Positions 10,538-19,244 of a stretch of DNA of 64,000 nt are shown here, in pieces. The stretch's first letter is position 1. Each line of letters begins with the position of its first letter. The stretch is from a virus. Position numbers and translations under genes: made by a program. The stretch lies in the IMG/VR virus record IMGVR_UViG_3300027769_000020, positions 1 to 64,000 of that record. One strand, written 5' to 3'. The notes below the pieces were generated by a model that saw only the letters and a program-made list of their open reading frames with translations, did not search any database and was not told the origin of the DNA.

Positions 10538-11128
10538 TTATACAACTTTTTCTTTAAAATGTGTTTGTGACGGATCATCAGATCCATTTAAGAGCATATC
10601 ACAGTAATTAGCTAACTCTGAGTCATATGTTTTATCTGACCCTTGCTTTCTAATAAAGTACTGTGATGTTCTCATATACTTAAATCCTGATGTTTCATAC
10701 TCATCTACATATAGTCTTGTAGCATCTAACACAGTTTCCCAAGTATAATTATGAGATTCAAAAAACCACCTAAAATTATTCTCTAAATTCTTCTTATCTG
10801 ACCTGGCATACTTACCACTTGGAAGCTTAAATTTAGGAAAAATATCTAAATAAGTCTCAATATTTTCCATAAAATTTTCACCCATTACTTTAGAATTAGT
10901 CTTTTTCTTACTAGTCTTAAAGAATGAATCAATTTCTTGTAGCAATAATACTGACTTACCTGATAAGTTCATATCATATTCAAGCCAACTACTTGTCTGT
11001 AAGCGTTTTACCTCTAATGAGTCATTAACAAAATCATTGGTTTTAATCTTGTTTTTAATACAAAAAAGAATATAGAGCTGATTTGGACTTAAGTTATTTT
11101 TAATTAAAATATTAAATATTTCATCCAT
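10538..11128 (-). CDS. Putative replication initiator/helicase loader-like protein
   Basis: Upstream of DnaB; wHTH-like N-terminus; YMRTSQYFI.K. Confidence 0.5.
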   Translation of the reverse strand: MDEIFNILIKNNLSPNQLYILFCIKNKIKTNDFVNDSLEVKRLQTSSWLEYDMNLSGKSVLLLQEIDSFFKTSKKKTNSKVMGENFMENIETYLDIFPKFKLPSGKYARSDKKNLENNFRWFFESHNYTWETVLDATRLYVDEYETSGFKYMRTSQYFIRKQGSDKTYDSELANYCDMLLNGSDDPSQTHFKEKVV

Positions 11129-11131
11129 GTT

Positions 11132-11620
11132 TTACCATTTTATGTCAAAGTTATAACTCTTTTTTGTAACATCAGATACATTGTTGAAAACATCTTTACA
11201 ATCCCATTCTTTTAATGCTGAATAAGCAGCTGATGCAGGGTGAGAAGCAAAGAATTTATGGTTATTATCATTAAGATAAACCACATTCTCCTCTGCTTTC
11301 TTACCTAAGAACACATAAGATAATCCAGGATTATATACACTCAAGTAGTCTAATAAATAAGCCATTAAAGGTTGCCATAAATCAAAATGAGAACCTGGTT
11401 TACCAATAGTACAAGTAAATGCACTATTAAGCATAAGAATACCCTGATTACTCCATCTTTTTAAATCAACATCAGTTGATATTAACTTACCAGAGTAATA
11501 ATCATCTTTATATACAGTTCTATTAACTGCATCAAGAATATATCTTAAACTAGGTAAAGCTTTATGTACTAAACTACAAGAGAATGATATACCATCAGCT
11601 TGATTAATTCCAGGATATGG
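11132..11620 (-). CDS. ung: Uracil-DNA glycosylase (family 1), exon 2
   Basis: PYPGINQADGISFS...PSL...WSNQGILMLN...GSH..W...HPAS; larger than the ORF-track call. Confidence 0.92.
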   Translation of the reverse strand, partial: PYPGINQADGISFSCSLVHKALPSLRYILDAVNRTVYKDDYYSGKLISTDVDLKRWSNQGILMLNSAFTCTIGKPGSHFDLWQPLMAYLLDYLSVYNPGLSYVFLGKKAEENVVYLNDNNHKFFASHPASAAYSALKEWDCKDVFNNVSDVTKKSYNFDIKW

Positions 11621-12490
11621 CTATCCCATTTTTCTCATGTTTCCATGAGGATCGGACTATATCATCACTTATCTTTATCATAAGTGGAGGATGCTCTGGG
11701 CTCACCTTAGTGTCCCTAGTCTCTGAACCTTCCCTGATCTTCCCCAGGGCTCGGCTGCTGATTGGCATAGGCGGACTGCCCTTAGCTTTCCAGCAATTCT
11801 TCCTCTTTACCCAGGACCCATTTATATGCTAAACAATCTATTTTATAAGGTTCAATAATATCTAAAAACTTTTGACAATCATATGTACTTATTCTAATAA
11901 TATTTGAATAAGTCATTCTTGCACAGTTTACATTCCATTTAGATTTAATTATATCAATAAGAAAATCAACGTCATCACCTAAAAAAGACTGAGTATTTAA
12001 CTCAATATGTGGTGATCTTTTTTTTCTTCTTGAAATATTTCCATCATCCATGTACCAAATTGCTAATGCAAATTCATCCATCATACATATATCATCTTTA
12101 TTTATTTCTTTAATTGTGTTATAATAAAGACTTCTATATTCTGAAAAAATTGGATGCGTTTTACTTTTAAAATGATAACTAGTGCATTCTCCTGTTTTAT
12201 ATCTACTTGACTTAGCAATTCTTTTATTAATTGCACCTGAAAGTAAATAATTTTCAAGAAAAGCATGTTTCCATTCTAAATAAGCTTTTTGTTTATGTCC
12301 ATGACCAAAAGTCATTCTATAGTTTTTACTTTTTTCCTCTTTTTTAGGAATTGACCCATCTCCAAGTAGAGAACCTCTAATAAATTGTTGTAACACATTC
12401 AATTTACTAATTGGAATTTCAATATATTTTGTATTTTTCATATACAAATATATACTTTATTGTCCAATTATGCAAATTAATTGCCGTTTA
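11621..12490 (-). mobile_element. Group I intron in ung
   Basis: Begins TAA after GAU, ends G; P AATTGCTGGAAA, Q AATCAGCAG, R TTCAGAGACTA, S GATATAGTCC; IGS GTCCTG pairs with CAGGAU. Confidence 0.93.
11782..12441 (-). CDS. Intron-encoded LAGLIDADG homing endonuclease (two-motif)
   Basis: IRGSLLGDGSI and LAIWYMDDG; probable ATG 12441; TATATTTG box at 12445-12452 (-). Confidence 0.9.
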   Translation of the reverse strand: MKNTKYIEIPISKLNVLQQFIRGSLLGDGSIPKKEEKSKNYRMTFGHGHKQKAYLEWKHAFLENYLLSGAINKRIAKSSRYKTGECTSYHFKSKTHPIFSEYRSLYYNTIKEINKDDICMMDEFALAIWYMDDGNISRRKKRSPHIELNTQSFLGDDVDFLIDIIKSKWNVNCARMTYSNIIRISTYDCQKFLDIIEPYKIDCLAYKWVLGKEEELLES

Positions 12491-12730
12491 ATCCTGCCCC
12501 ACTATAACAACTTTTAAATCATCATAAGGTGTTTCCTCAAATGCTCTAAACAAGTATTTTAATGATGGTGTAAATCTTTTATCTTCCTGAGTATCTTTAA
12601 TTAATGCCTGTAATATATTATCAAAGTCATTACTAAATATAAATCCCCTTAAAACTCTGGACCAACCAGATTCAACTAGTTTTGCAGATAGCTTTTCTTT
12701 TATTTCATTTATGTTTATATTTGTTGTCAT
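12491..12730 (-). CDS. ung: Uracil-DNA glycosylase, exon 1
   Basis: FRAFEETPYDDLKVVIVGQD; probable start MTTNIN at 12730. Confidence 0.9.
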
Positions 12731-12752
12731 ACTAATTTTATATATACCAATT

Positions 12753-13073
12753 ATGGCAATTAAAGTAAAAGAATTAAAGGATGATGCTTTATTAAGCATT
12801 GATGTAAACAAATCATTTTACCTGATGGCAAAAAATACTTTGTATTACTTATTTACTCAAATTCAAAGTGAGAACCCAGAAGGAGTAGAAAAAGCATTAG
12901 AAACAATCAAAGCTGGTGATTATTCTAAAATGAATGCAGTTGAGCAAGCTTTTTTTACAAATACTTTACTGGTTTCTGAAATTGAAAGAGTATCAATTGA
13001 GAAAAATCTTTTTGATGAAAAAGAAGTGTTAGAACCAACTGATGAAGGTTATGTTGAACCTACGCTAGGTTAA
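12753..13073 (+). CDS. Hypothetical acidic protein; only convincing + strand gene in left arm
   Basis: MAIKVKELKDDA...; fills otherwise empty space. Confidence 0.7.
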   Translation: MAIKVKELKDDALLSIDVNKSFYLMAKNTLYYLFTQIQSENPEGVEKALETIKAGDYSKMNAVEQAFFTNTLLVSEIERVSIEKNLFDEKEVLEPTDEGYVEPTLG

Positions 13074-13446
13074 TATTGTAATTTAATCCAATTTCAATAC
13101 ATGCTTGAACAGCTTGAGATAACTCATCACTTGAACATTCTGCAAATGATTTGCACATCTCAAGTTGTTTACCTTCATCATTAACAACAAAGCATAAACC
13201 TGCCTGCTCTTTAACTAGCTTTTTCATTTCATCAAAAGTATAACCAGATTCTTTAGCCATTTCTCTGATACAAGCATGTATCTTTGATATCTGTGCATAA
13301 GAACCTGCTTTACCTTGAATGCTTATAAACATTTCCAATTCTTCACCTTCTTTGATGCTTTCTACAAAGTTTTTGTATGCTACACCATCTTTATCTGACT
13401 TGTATGTCAGTTTTCCCTCTTTTTTAACAAATTTTGCGCTGAACAT
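13060..13446 (-). CDS. NinB/DUF1367-like protein
   Basis: S.AQ..KIHA.IREMA..SG.TFDEMK...KSFA..S..ELS. Confidence 0.55.
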   Translation of the reverse strand: MFSAKFVKKEGKLTYKSDKDGVAYKNFVESIKEGEELEMFISIQGKAGSYAQISKIHACIREMAKESGYTFDEMKKLVKEQAGLCFVVNDEGKQLEMCKSFAECSSDELSQAVQACIEIGLNYNINLA

Positions 13447-13472
13447 AATATTTAAATTTTATAGGTTTAAAC

Positions 13473-13730
13473 TTATAATGGTATTTTACTCCATTTTTTA
13501 AATAAATTAATTAACAGACTGACATCATCTATATCAGTCATAGCAACACCCCATGAGTGTTCATATACTTTCCACTGTTTATTTACAGTTGCATCACTTT
13601 CACATGAGATAAGAATCACATCATCATTGATTTCATAGCTGTAATAGTAATAATCATCTTTATTACCTGATTCTTCTTTAGTAACAAGTACTTTAACAAA
13701 ATCATTCTCAATTAATTCATCTTCTGTCAT
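13473..13730 (-). CDS. Hypothetical protein
   Basis: Packed ORF. Confidence 0.65.
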   Translation of the reverse strand: MTEDELIENDFVKVLVTKEESGNKDDYYYYSYEINDDVILISCESDATVNKQWKVYEHSWGVAMTDIDDVSLLINLFKKWSKIPL

Positions 13731-13939
13731 TTTTTGTCTTTTTTATTGTTTTCAAATAATTTTTCAAGGTAATCTTCAGCCTCCATTGCTGTACTAAACA
13801 ATATTATAAAGCCATCATTATCTTTTACATATTTCCAAAAACTAAATAAGCTTTTTTTAATCTGTACAAAATACCCACCATATGAGTACTGTGACTTTAC
13901 AATTCTAAATCTTTTTTCCATAATATATCTACTGACCAA
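13727..13939 (-). CDS. Hypothetical protein (shares RIV...Y.VQ....F.FW motif with 14204)
   Basis: ORF track. Confidence 0.6.
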   Translation of the reverse strand: MVSRYIMEKRFRIVKSQYSYGGYFVQIKKSLFSFWKYVKDNDGFIILFSTAMEAEDYLEKLFENNKKDKK

Positions 13940-13944
13940 AGTGA

Positions 13945-14157
13945 TTAATCAAATTCTGGATTCTTATAAAATCCATCTTTTACTTTTTGCTCTACATTCA
14001 TTCTATGTAGCTTTCTGTGATTGTGTTTCTTAATAATCATACTGTTATTTTCAGGTACTTTTCTAATCATTCTTGCTCTTCTCATTTTACTAGCTTTATT
14101 TCTTACTGTTTTATTAGCCCATTTTAACATGAGTGTTGTCTTATAAATATCTTCCAT
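13945..14157 (-). CDS. Hypothetical basic protein
   Basis: ORF track. Confidence 0.6.
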   Translation of the reverse strand: MEDIYKTTLMLKWANKTVRNKASKMRRARMIRKVPENNSMIIKKHNHRKLHRMNVEQKVKDGFYKNPEFD

Positions 14158-14203
14158 AAATAATTTTAAGGCTAAAATAAGAATAATTACTTAATTTTGA
14201 CGG

Positions 14204-14455
14204 TTATATTAAACCCCTTTTGTGTGCTATATATCTAGCATGTGCATCAGCTCTACTGTATTCAAAGTGTAAACCAATTGTAAACCACATAAATAAAAAC
14301 CTTACTTGCACATAGTATTCAAAGTCTACATAATTAGCAACTACTCTTATCTTTTTACTGTACTTATACTCTGTTGGGTAATGCTTCATTTTATTCACAA
14401 ATTGTAATGTATCTTGTTGATCCATCATATACATAATTATAGGTTTTACATTCAC
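14204..14455 (-). CDS. Hypothetical protein (true start probably the internal MKHYP)
   Basis: ORF track. Confidence 0.55.
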   Translation of the reverse strand: MNVKPIIMYMMDQQDTLQFVNKMKHYPTEYKYSKKIRVVANYVDFEYYVQVRFLFMWFTIGLHFEYSRADAHARYIAHKRGLI

Positions 14456-14582
14456 CTTTCCATGTCTCTGTTTTCATTGTATACTCCCATTGATCATTAG
14501 CCCAATGTTGATGCAAGTTATAACAGTCACATTTTTTCTTTTTACAACTAAACAATAAACCTAAAATAAATAAATATCTCAT
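14391..14582 (-). CDS. Putative lipoprotein
   Basis: MRYLFILGLLFSCKKKK: lipobox followed by lysines. Confidence 0.6.
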   Translation of the reverse strand: MRYLFILGLLFSCKKKKCDCYNLHQHWANDQWEYTMKTETWKGECKTYNYVYDGSTRYITICE

Positions 14583-14740
14583 TTCTCATCAACTAGCATC
14601 TGTACCATAACTATATGTAATGTAACATCATCATCACATTTTTCACATCTATAATTAGCTCTAGATCTTATGTACCAACCTGCATTACAACATACAGTTT
14701 TGATATCACTTGTTACTACTTTCTTGTTCTTCTTGCTCAT
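14579..14740 (-). CDS. Small Cys-containing protein (53 aa)
   Basis: Read by hand MSKKNKKVV..VCCNA....YRCEKC. Confidence 0.5.
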   Translation of the reverse strand: MSKKNKKVVTSDIKTVCCNAGWYIRSRANYRCEKCDDDVTLHIVMVQMLVDEK

Positions 14741-14849
14741 CTTGATGTTTTTTAGCTATATAGTCTGCTAAGTTGATATCTAATGGGATATCATCTACAT
14801 GACCATACTGATTTATTAAATCAATATAGACTTCTTTTATTTTTCCCAT
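14706..14849 (-). CDS. Small hypothetical protein (47 aa)
   Basis: Read by hand MGKIKEVYIDL... Confidence 0.5.
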   Translation of the reverse strand: MGKIKEVYIDLINQYGHVDDIPLDINLADYIAKKHQDEQEEQESSNK

Positions 14850-14851
14850 AA

Positions 14852-15289
14852 CTAGTTTAGTTTTTTAAGTACGTAATCAAGTACAGTAGTGAATCCTGTG
14901 GGATTATAATAATCCGGTTCCCTTCTTCTTTTTACATAAGGATAAACATTATCACTTAGCCATTTTCTGTAATTAGATTTAACTACTGCTTCTACTTTAG
15001 GATCACTTGTAATGGTTAGTACATGTAAGATTGACCCATGGTCTTTACAAAGTATTTTAGATATTTCAATTATAGTGTAGTCTTTAGCTAACAAGTTTTC
15101 TGCAACTAGTTTACGCATCTCAACTATATAACTGTTTTTTCTTTTTCTGATTTTATTAAAATACTCATACAATGGTAAGGCATCAACTAATCTTTTTAAC
15201 TCAGAATCTAATGACTCAATTCTTTGATGTAGAGTCATTTGAGAAAAACCTATTCCTTTTTTAATAGGTGCTTTAACCCGCTTTACCAT
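14852..15289 (-). CDS. DnaA C-terminal-like HTH protein
   Basis: RK...VEMR......YTIIEISKILCKDHGSILH resembles DnaA domain IV (IG..F.RDHSTV.H). Confidence 0.5.
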   Translation of the reverse strand: MVKRVKAPIKKGIGFSQMTLHQRIESLDSELKRLVDALPLYEYFNKIRKRKNSYIVEMRKLVAENLLAKDYTIIEISKILCKDHGSILHVLTITSDPKVEAVVKSNYRKWLSDNVYPYVKRRREPDYYNPTGFTTVLDYVLKKLN

Positions 15290-15290
15290 A

Positions 15291-15557
15291 TCATACCAAT
15301 TCTAATTCTTCTTCTATTATTTCTACAGCAACATCTTCTTGCTTAACCATATCTTCAGGTAAGAATCTTTTAGCATCATAGTATTCATATGGAAAACAAC
15401 CACTCAAATTAACTTCTTCTAAATCAAAACCTAATGTATTTGCCTGTATACCCATTTTAACTGCTCTTACAACAGTATATACATTACCTTTCTTAATCCA
15501 TTGATTTGTAGGTATCTTGTCAGGCTTATTGCTGTCATTAACACAAACTACTCGCAT
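15291..15557 (-). CDS. Hypothetical phage protein
   Basis: MRVVCVND....KGNVYTV...Y.AKRF. Confidence 0.65.
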   Translation of the reverse strand: MRVVCVNDSNKPDKIPTNQWIKKGNVYTVVRAVKMGIQANTLGFDLEEVNLSGCFPYEYYDAKRFLPEDMVKQEDVAVEIIEEELELV

Positions 15558-15786
15558 TTAACTCAACTTTTAAGTTTAACTCTTCAAGTGACATAAGTAT
15601 TTCATACATGTCATCAAATGAACCTGACTTGATATCATATGAACCTTTACTGTCAACAATCATTGCACACTGTTCTGCCTGATCAGGAGAATGTTTGCAC
15701 ACTTTTATAAGACAAGCCATAACATATAAGAAGTCATGACTGTTATCATTATAAAGTGTTATTTTATGTGTCTTTTCCAAAACCAT
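15538..15786 (-). CDS. clpS: ClpS-like N-degron adaptor
   Basis: ITLYNDNSHDF.YV...L..VC.HS..QAEQCA.IV..KG...IKSG, Bacteroidota ClpS pattern. Confidence 0.8.
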   Translation of the reverse strand: MVLEKTHKITLYNDNSHDFLYVMACLIKVCKHSPDQAEQCAMIVDSKGSYDIKSGSFDDMYEILMSLEELNLKVELNASSLC

Positions 15787-15803
15787 GATATTTATTATCT
15801 AAA

Positions 15804-16316
15804 TTAGTTATTATTTTGGTCAGTTCCAATTATTATTGTGTTACCTAATACATTCATTGACTGTACAATATCATTGTAACCTTTACCATATGGGTCAACA
15901 TAATTCTTAAAAGGTTTAAAATAACCTTTCTTAATTAAGTTTTTAATTCTAACTATTAACACTTCCATTCTTTCTTTATTCTCAGGTAATAAAGCTTCTA
16001 AATCAAATAATGCAGACTCAATTTTAGCCAGAAACAAATTTATCCTGGTATTAAATGCATCTTTTATATAGATTTTATTACTATAATCATCAAATAAGTC
16101 AAGTAATGTAGCTAATGTTTTAGAATCAGTATTACCAAATACAGCCATAGGACCTTCAATAAATTTATCTGACCATTCCCACCACTCAAGTAAGTCTATT
16201 TTAAGGTTAAACTTAAATCTTTTATCTTCAACTACTTCATCAATATCATATAGAGCACTAGATATTTTTACAGCTGCTCTAATGAACTTGATATTATCTG
16301 GATCATATTCTGCCAT
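15804..16316 (-). CDS. Hypothetical protein
   Basis: ORF track. Confidence 0.65.
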   Translation of the reverse strand: MAEYDPDNIKFIRAAVKISSALYDIDEVVEDKRFKFNLKIDLLEWWEWSDKFIEGPMAVFGNTDSKTLATLLDLFDDYSNKIYIKDAFNTRINLFLAKIESALFDLEALLPENKERMEVLIVRIKNLIKKGYFKPFKNYVDPYGKGYNDIVQSMNVLGNTIIIGTDQNNN

Positions 16317-16318
16317 AT

Positions 16319-16600
16319 CTATTTCTTTTTAAACTGTTCAAACCATTCTTTAAATAAATCTTTACCCCAGTACTTAGTTGCTTTACCCTGATACTTATAA
16401 TAAAATATTGCATAATCTCTCATATCTTCTTCACTATACATTCTTTCAGCTTGCCATTTAGCTCCTTCTTTCATTCCTGATAAAAATGCCGCTTTAGCAG
16501 TATCAATCACTAATTGACCTTTGACATCAGCATCTTTTGAAATAAAAATACCATATTTGTCTTTCTGCAATCTTTTAGCAGCTTCTTCTAATGTTTCCAT
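16319..16600 (-). CDS. Small phage protein (ETLEEAA...GAKWQAERMYSEE...FEQFKKK type)
   Basis: ORF track; starts in 20-bp junction repeat. Confidence 0.7.
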   Translation of the reverse strand: METLEEAAKRLQKDKYGIFISKDADVKGQLVIDTAKAAFLSGMKEGAKWQAERMYSEEDMRDYAIFYYKYQGKATKYWGKDLFKEWFEQFKKK

Positions 16601-16618
16601 CTTATTCTGATTTAAAAG

Positions 16619-16714
16619 TTAATCCATTCTTTTTCTTAAAATAAATGCCATTATACCAATAATTAAAAAAGGTAATGCTATACCCCAATTTTCTGGGTGA
16701 AATCCTATTTCCAT
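16619..16714 (-). CDS. Micro membrane peptide (31 aa)
   Basis: MEIGFHPENWGIALPFLIIGIMAFILRKRMD. Confidence 0.55.
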   Translation of the reverse strand: MEIGFHPENWGIALPFLIIGIMAFILRKRMD

Positions 16715-16715
16715 A

Positions 16716-16988
16716 TTATTCTGGTTTAACAGCTAATTCTAAAAAATACTCACTTATGCCTAAAGAAAGCATGTTATTTTCAATCGGATCACCCATAAAA
16801 TCAGAGACTTCCTGTAACTCTTTTTCAGTAATGTACCATTTAAAAACAAACTCACATGACACATCATATATTCTTAACTGAAATTCTTTAATAGATTTAT
16901 ACTCTCCTTTTTCACCATCTGGATTACTCCAAAAGTTAAAAAACTCTACTATTTTATTTACAATTTCTGGTGCCTTTTCTTCTTCCAT
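16716..16988 (-). CDS. Hypothetical acidic protein
   Basis: ORF bounded by junction repeats. Confidence 0.7.
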   Translation of the reverse strand: MEEEKAPEIVNKIVEFFNFWSNPDGEKGEYKSIKEFQLRIYDVSCEFVFKWYITEKELQEVSDFMGDPIENNMLSLGISEYFLELAVKPE

Positions 16989-16989
16989 C

Positions 16990-17073
16990 TTATTCTGATT
17001 TACATCTTATATACATTGCAATTACAAATAATACCACAACAAATATTGTCAGTATTTCTTCTAATTTTTCCAT
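16990..17073 (-). CDS. Micro membrane peptide (27 aa)
   Basis: MEKLEEILTIFVVVLFVIAMYIRCKSE. Confidence 0.55.
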   Translation of the reverse strand: MEKLEEILTIFVVVLFVIAMYIRCKSE

Positions 17074-17074
17074 C

Positions 17075-17143
17075 TTATTTATTTATTGAATTCCACAATT
17101 TCATAACTATAACTATACCTAATAGTATAAACATCAGTTCCAT
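17075..17143 (-). CDS. Micro membrane peptide (22 aa)
   Basis: MELMFILLGIVIVMKLWNSINK. Confidence 0.5.
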   Translation of the reverse strand: MELMFILLGIVIVMKLWNSINK

Positions 17144-17154
17144 CTTATTCTGAT

Positions 17155-17370
17155 TTAAAGGTTATCAATTTCTTGTTTAACTTCTTGCCAATACTCACTT
17201 GCTTCTTCATTACATCCATAATAAGTATTATTACTTGGAAATGTACAACCACTTTTTAATATCTCATCAACACATAATAAAGCACATTTTTTAGAATCAA
17301 GCATTAAAAAATGTTTATTTTCATAATTAAATTTATTTACTAACTCTTCAGCTTTTTCTTTTGGTGTCAT
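17155..17370 (-). CDS. Small phage protein (MTPKEKA...YWQEVKQEI type)
   Basis: ORF track. Confidence 0.7.
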   Translation of the reverse strand: MTPKEKAEELVNKFNYENKHFLMLDSKKCALLCVDEILKSGCTFPSNNTYYGCNEEASEYWQEVKQEIDNL

Positions 17371-18467
17371 AACTTAATATTAAAATCTTTCCACTCAATT
17401 TTACTCTGATCAAATCCTGATAATGCTTCAGTAACCCACTTCTCATCTATAGTATCCATGTAACATAAGATATGTATTACTGCTGTTTCATCTACAGATA
17501 GTCTTAAACATCTACCAATACGTTGACTTGACTTACGTTCATTACCATATGCATGTAAAATTATACACTGTTTAAGATTAGGTATATTAATACCCTCACT
17601 TAATTGTAATACACAAGATAGTTTAGTAATTTGACCTGACTTGAACATTTCTAGATTCTCATTAGACTCAGGATTATTACTATGGTAACTGTATGTACAT
17701 AATTCATCTGCCTGATCTTGAGTATTAGCAAATATAATACACTTAGAACTTATTGACTGACTTAATAGTTTAGTGTATTTTTCTTTACTTGGGAACTCCA
17801 TCATAGCTTTCATTCTCATTACTCTTGAGATTTGCTGCTCTTTGCCTGGACGGGATGTTTCTATCCTATTGCACCAATACTGATAATTAGCATATTCTGT
17901 AGTAAAGAATTGTTTATGCTTACTACCAGCTTTAACATTCTTATTAACATCATCTAACTTAATCTGATGCACTATGATTCTATAATCATTTAAGATATTA
18001 TCATTGATAGCATCATCAGTTAAATATTCATAGCATATAGGATAAAACTCTTGCATCATCTCACCTTTCTCACTATTTACCATTTTAGGAGGAGTACCGG
18101 TAAGTCCTAAGATCTTACCGTCATACTCATCTAAAAATTCTCTATGTGACGGGAGCAATGAATGTGCTTCATCAAAGTATATCATGTCAAACTCTCTTGG
18201 GTCTAGTTTATTTAAACTTAAGTAAGTAGTAAACTGTACATTGTCAAGTAAATGTGACTTGTTAAACTTAATAGCTTCAGTTCTCCATGAAGTAAAAATA
18301 CTAAGCTTTGGAGCTACTATAAGTACATTCATTAATGGAGTCATATTCTTTTCCATATGCATAAGACCAACTAAAGTCTTACCAGTACCAGTAGCAAGTG
18401 ATAAACCACATTTTTTTCTCTTATTAGTAGCATCAAGTGCTGCCTGTTGTATTTCTTCTCTTGTCAT
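17367..18467 (-). CDS. Superfamily 2 DExH helicase
   Basis: ATGTGKT, DEAH, GLTGT, EGINIP, QRIGR. Confidence 0.92.
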   Translation of the reverse strand: MTREEIQQAALDATNKRKKCGLSLATGTGKTLVGLMHMEKNMTPLMNVLIVAPKLSIFTSWRTEAIKFNKSHLLDNVQFTTYLSLNKLDPREFDMIYFDEAHSLLPSHREFLDEYDGKILGLTGTPPKMVNSEKGEMMQEFYPICYEYLTDDAINDNILNDYRIIVHQIKLDDVNKNVKAGSKHKQFFTTEYANYQYWCNRIETSRPGKEQQISRVMRMKAMMEFPSKEKYTKLLSQSISSKCIIFANTQDQADELCTYSYHSNNPESNENLEMFKSGQITKLSCVLQLSEGINIPNLKQCIILHAYGNERKSSQRIGRCLRLSVDETAVIHILCYMDTIDEKWVTEALSGFDQSKIEWKDFNIKL

Positions 18468-18468
18468 A

Positions 18469-19215
18469 TTAAATTAAGTTGAATACCTTTTTTTGTATAA
18501 ATTCATTAGCAGAAGATGGATCTGACATAACTTTAATTGTTTTGATATGCTTATCAATATTCTTTAAAGTTTCTTTATGATCATATGATTCATATGCTTG
18601 AATAAACACATTTAAAAATTGTTTTTTAACCCATCTGTCAGCAACACCAATTTTAATAAATAAATCACTAAAAGCTTTACACATTTCTTTAGCTTTTGGA
18701 TTGTTAATTTTAAACTCTCCATTTTTAATTTTAGCACTTGAAGTTGCAATAGCATTATATGTGTTTGTATTATTACAAATTGATGCAATCATAAGAGCTT
18801 CTAAATGATATAGACCCATGTATTCTTGCAAAGTAGCATAATCAGGATTACAATATGAAAATGCATGAATATAATCTTTTAACAACCATGCTTTAGATGA
18901 ATTATTATAACAAGCCATTGTTTCAACAAGATCTTCTTTGCTAATTATTTCAATATATTCATATCTTACTGGAATACCTTCTCTTCTACAACAGTCTAAT
19001 AAATGATCACCATCTATTACATATGTTAAATTTGTTCCAGTAAAAAAATCTACTTTACAACATATAACTTGTCTAGTGTTACCTTTTTTACGGACACTTT
19101 CTACTAAATCTTGTGTATGCTTAGATCCTGTTGGTCTTTGCATAGGTAATCTGTTAAACATATTATAATTTGTAGTAACAGATATTTTAATAAAATCATT
19201 TTTGTTTTCTTTCAT
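18469..19215 (-). CDS. ParB/Srx-like N-terminal domain protein
   Basis: QR....H...L..S; YVIDGDHL (cf. IDGQHR); N.SSK.W...DY. Confidence 0.55.
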   Translation of the reverse strand: MKENKNDFIKISVTTNYNMFNRLPMQRPTGSKHTQDLVESVRKKGNTRQVICCKVDFFTGTNLTYVIDGDHLLDCCRREGIPVRYEYIEIISKEDLVETMACYNNSSKAWLLKDYIHAFSYCNPDYATLQEYMGLYHLEALMIASICNNTNTYNAIATSSAKIKNGEFKINNPKAKEMCKAFSDLFIKIGVADRWVKKQFLNVFIQAYESYDHKETLKNIDKHIKTIKVMSDPSSANEFIQKKVFNLI

Positions 19216-19244
19216 CTTTTCAGTCTTTTAATTTCAGTAATTTT

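Larger units (their letters stand above)
16595..17157 (-). repeat. 20-bp stop/start junction repeat TAAATCAGAATAAGATGGAA
   Basis: Exact at 16595-16614, 16983-17002, 17138-17157; 2 mismatches at 16709-16728; 12-bp partial at 17068-17079. Confidence 0.9.

Noticed and set aside
11617-11832. + strand 71-aa ORF
   Set aside because: Antisense shadow of the GC-rich intron core
397-12730. AAA ATPase and ung fragments as pseudogenes, inteins or stop-codon recoding
   Set aside because: Complete group I cores and exact in-frame junctions explain the breaks; other long genes are intact in code 11
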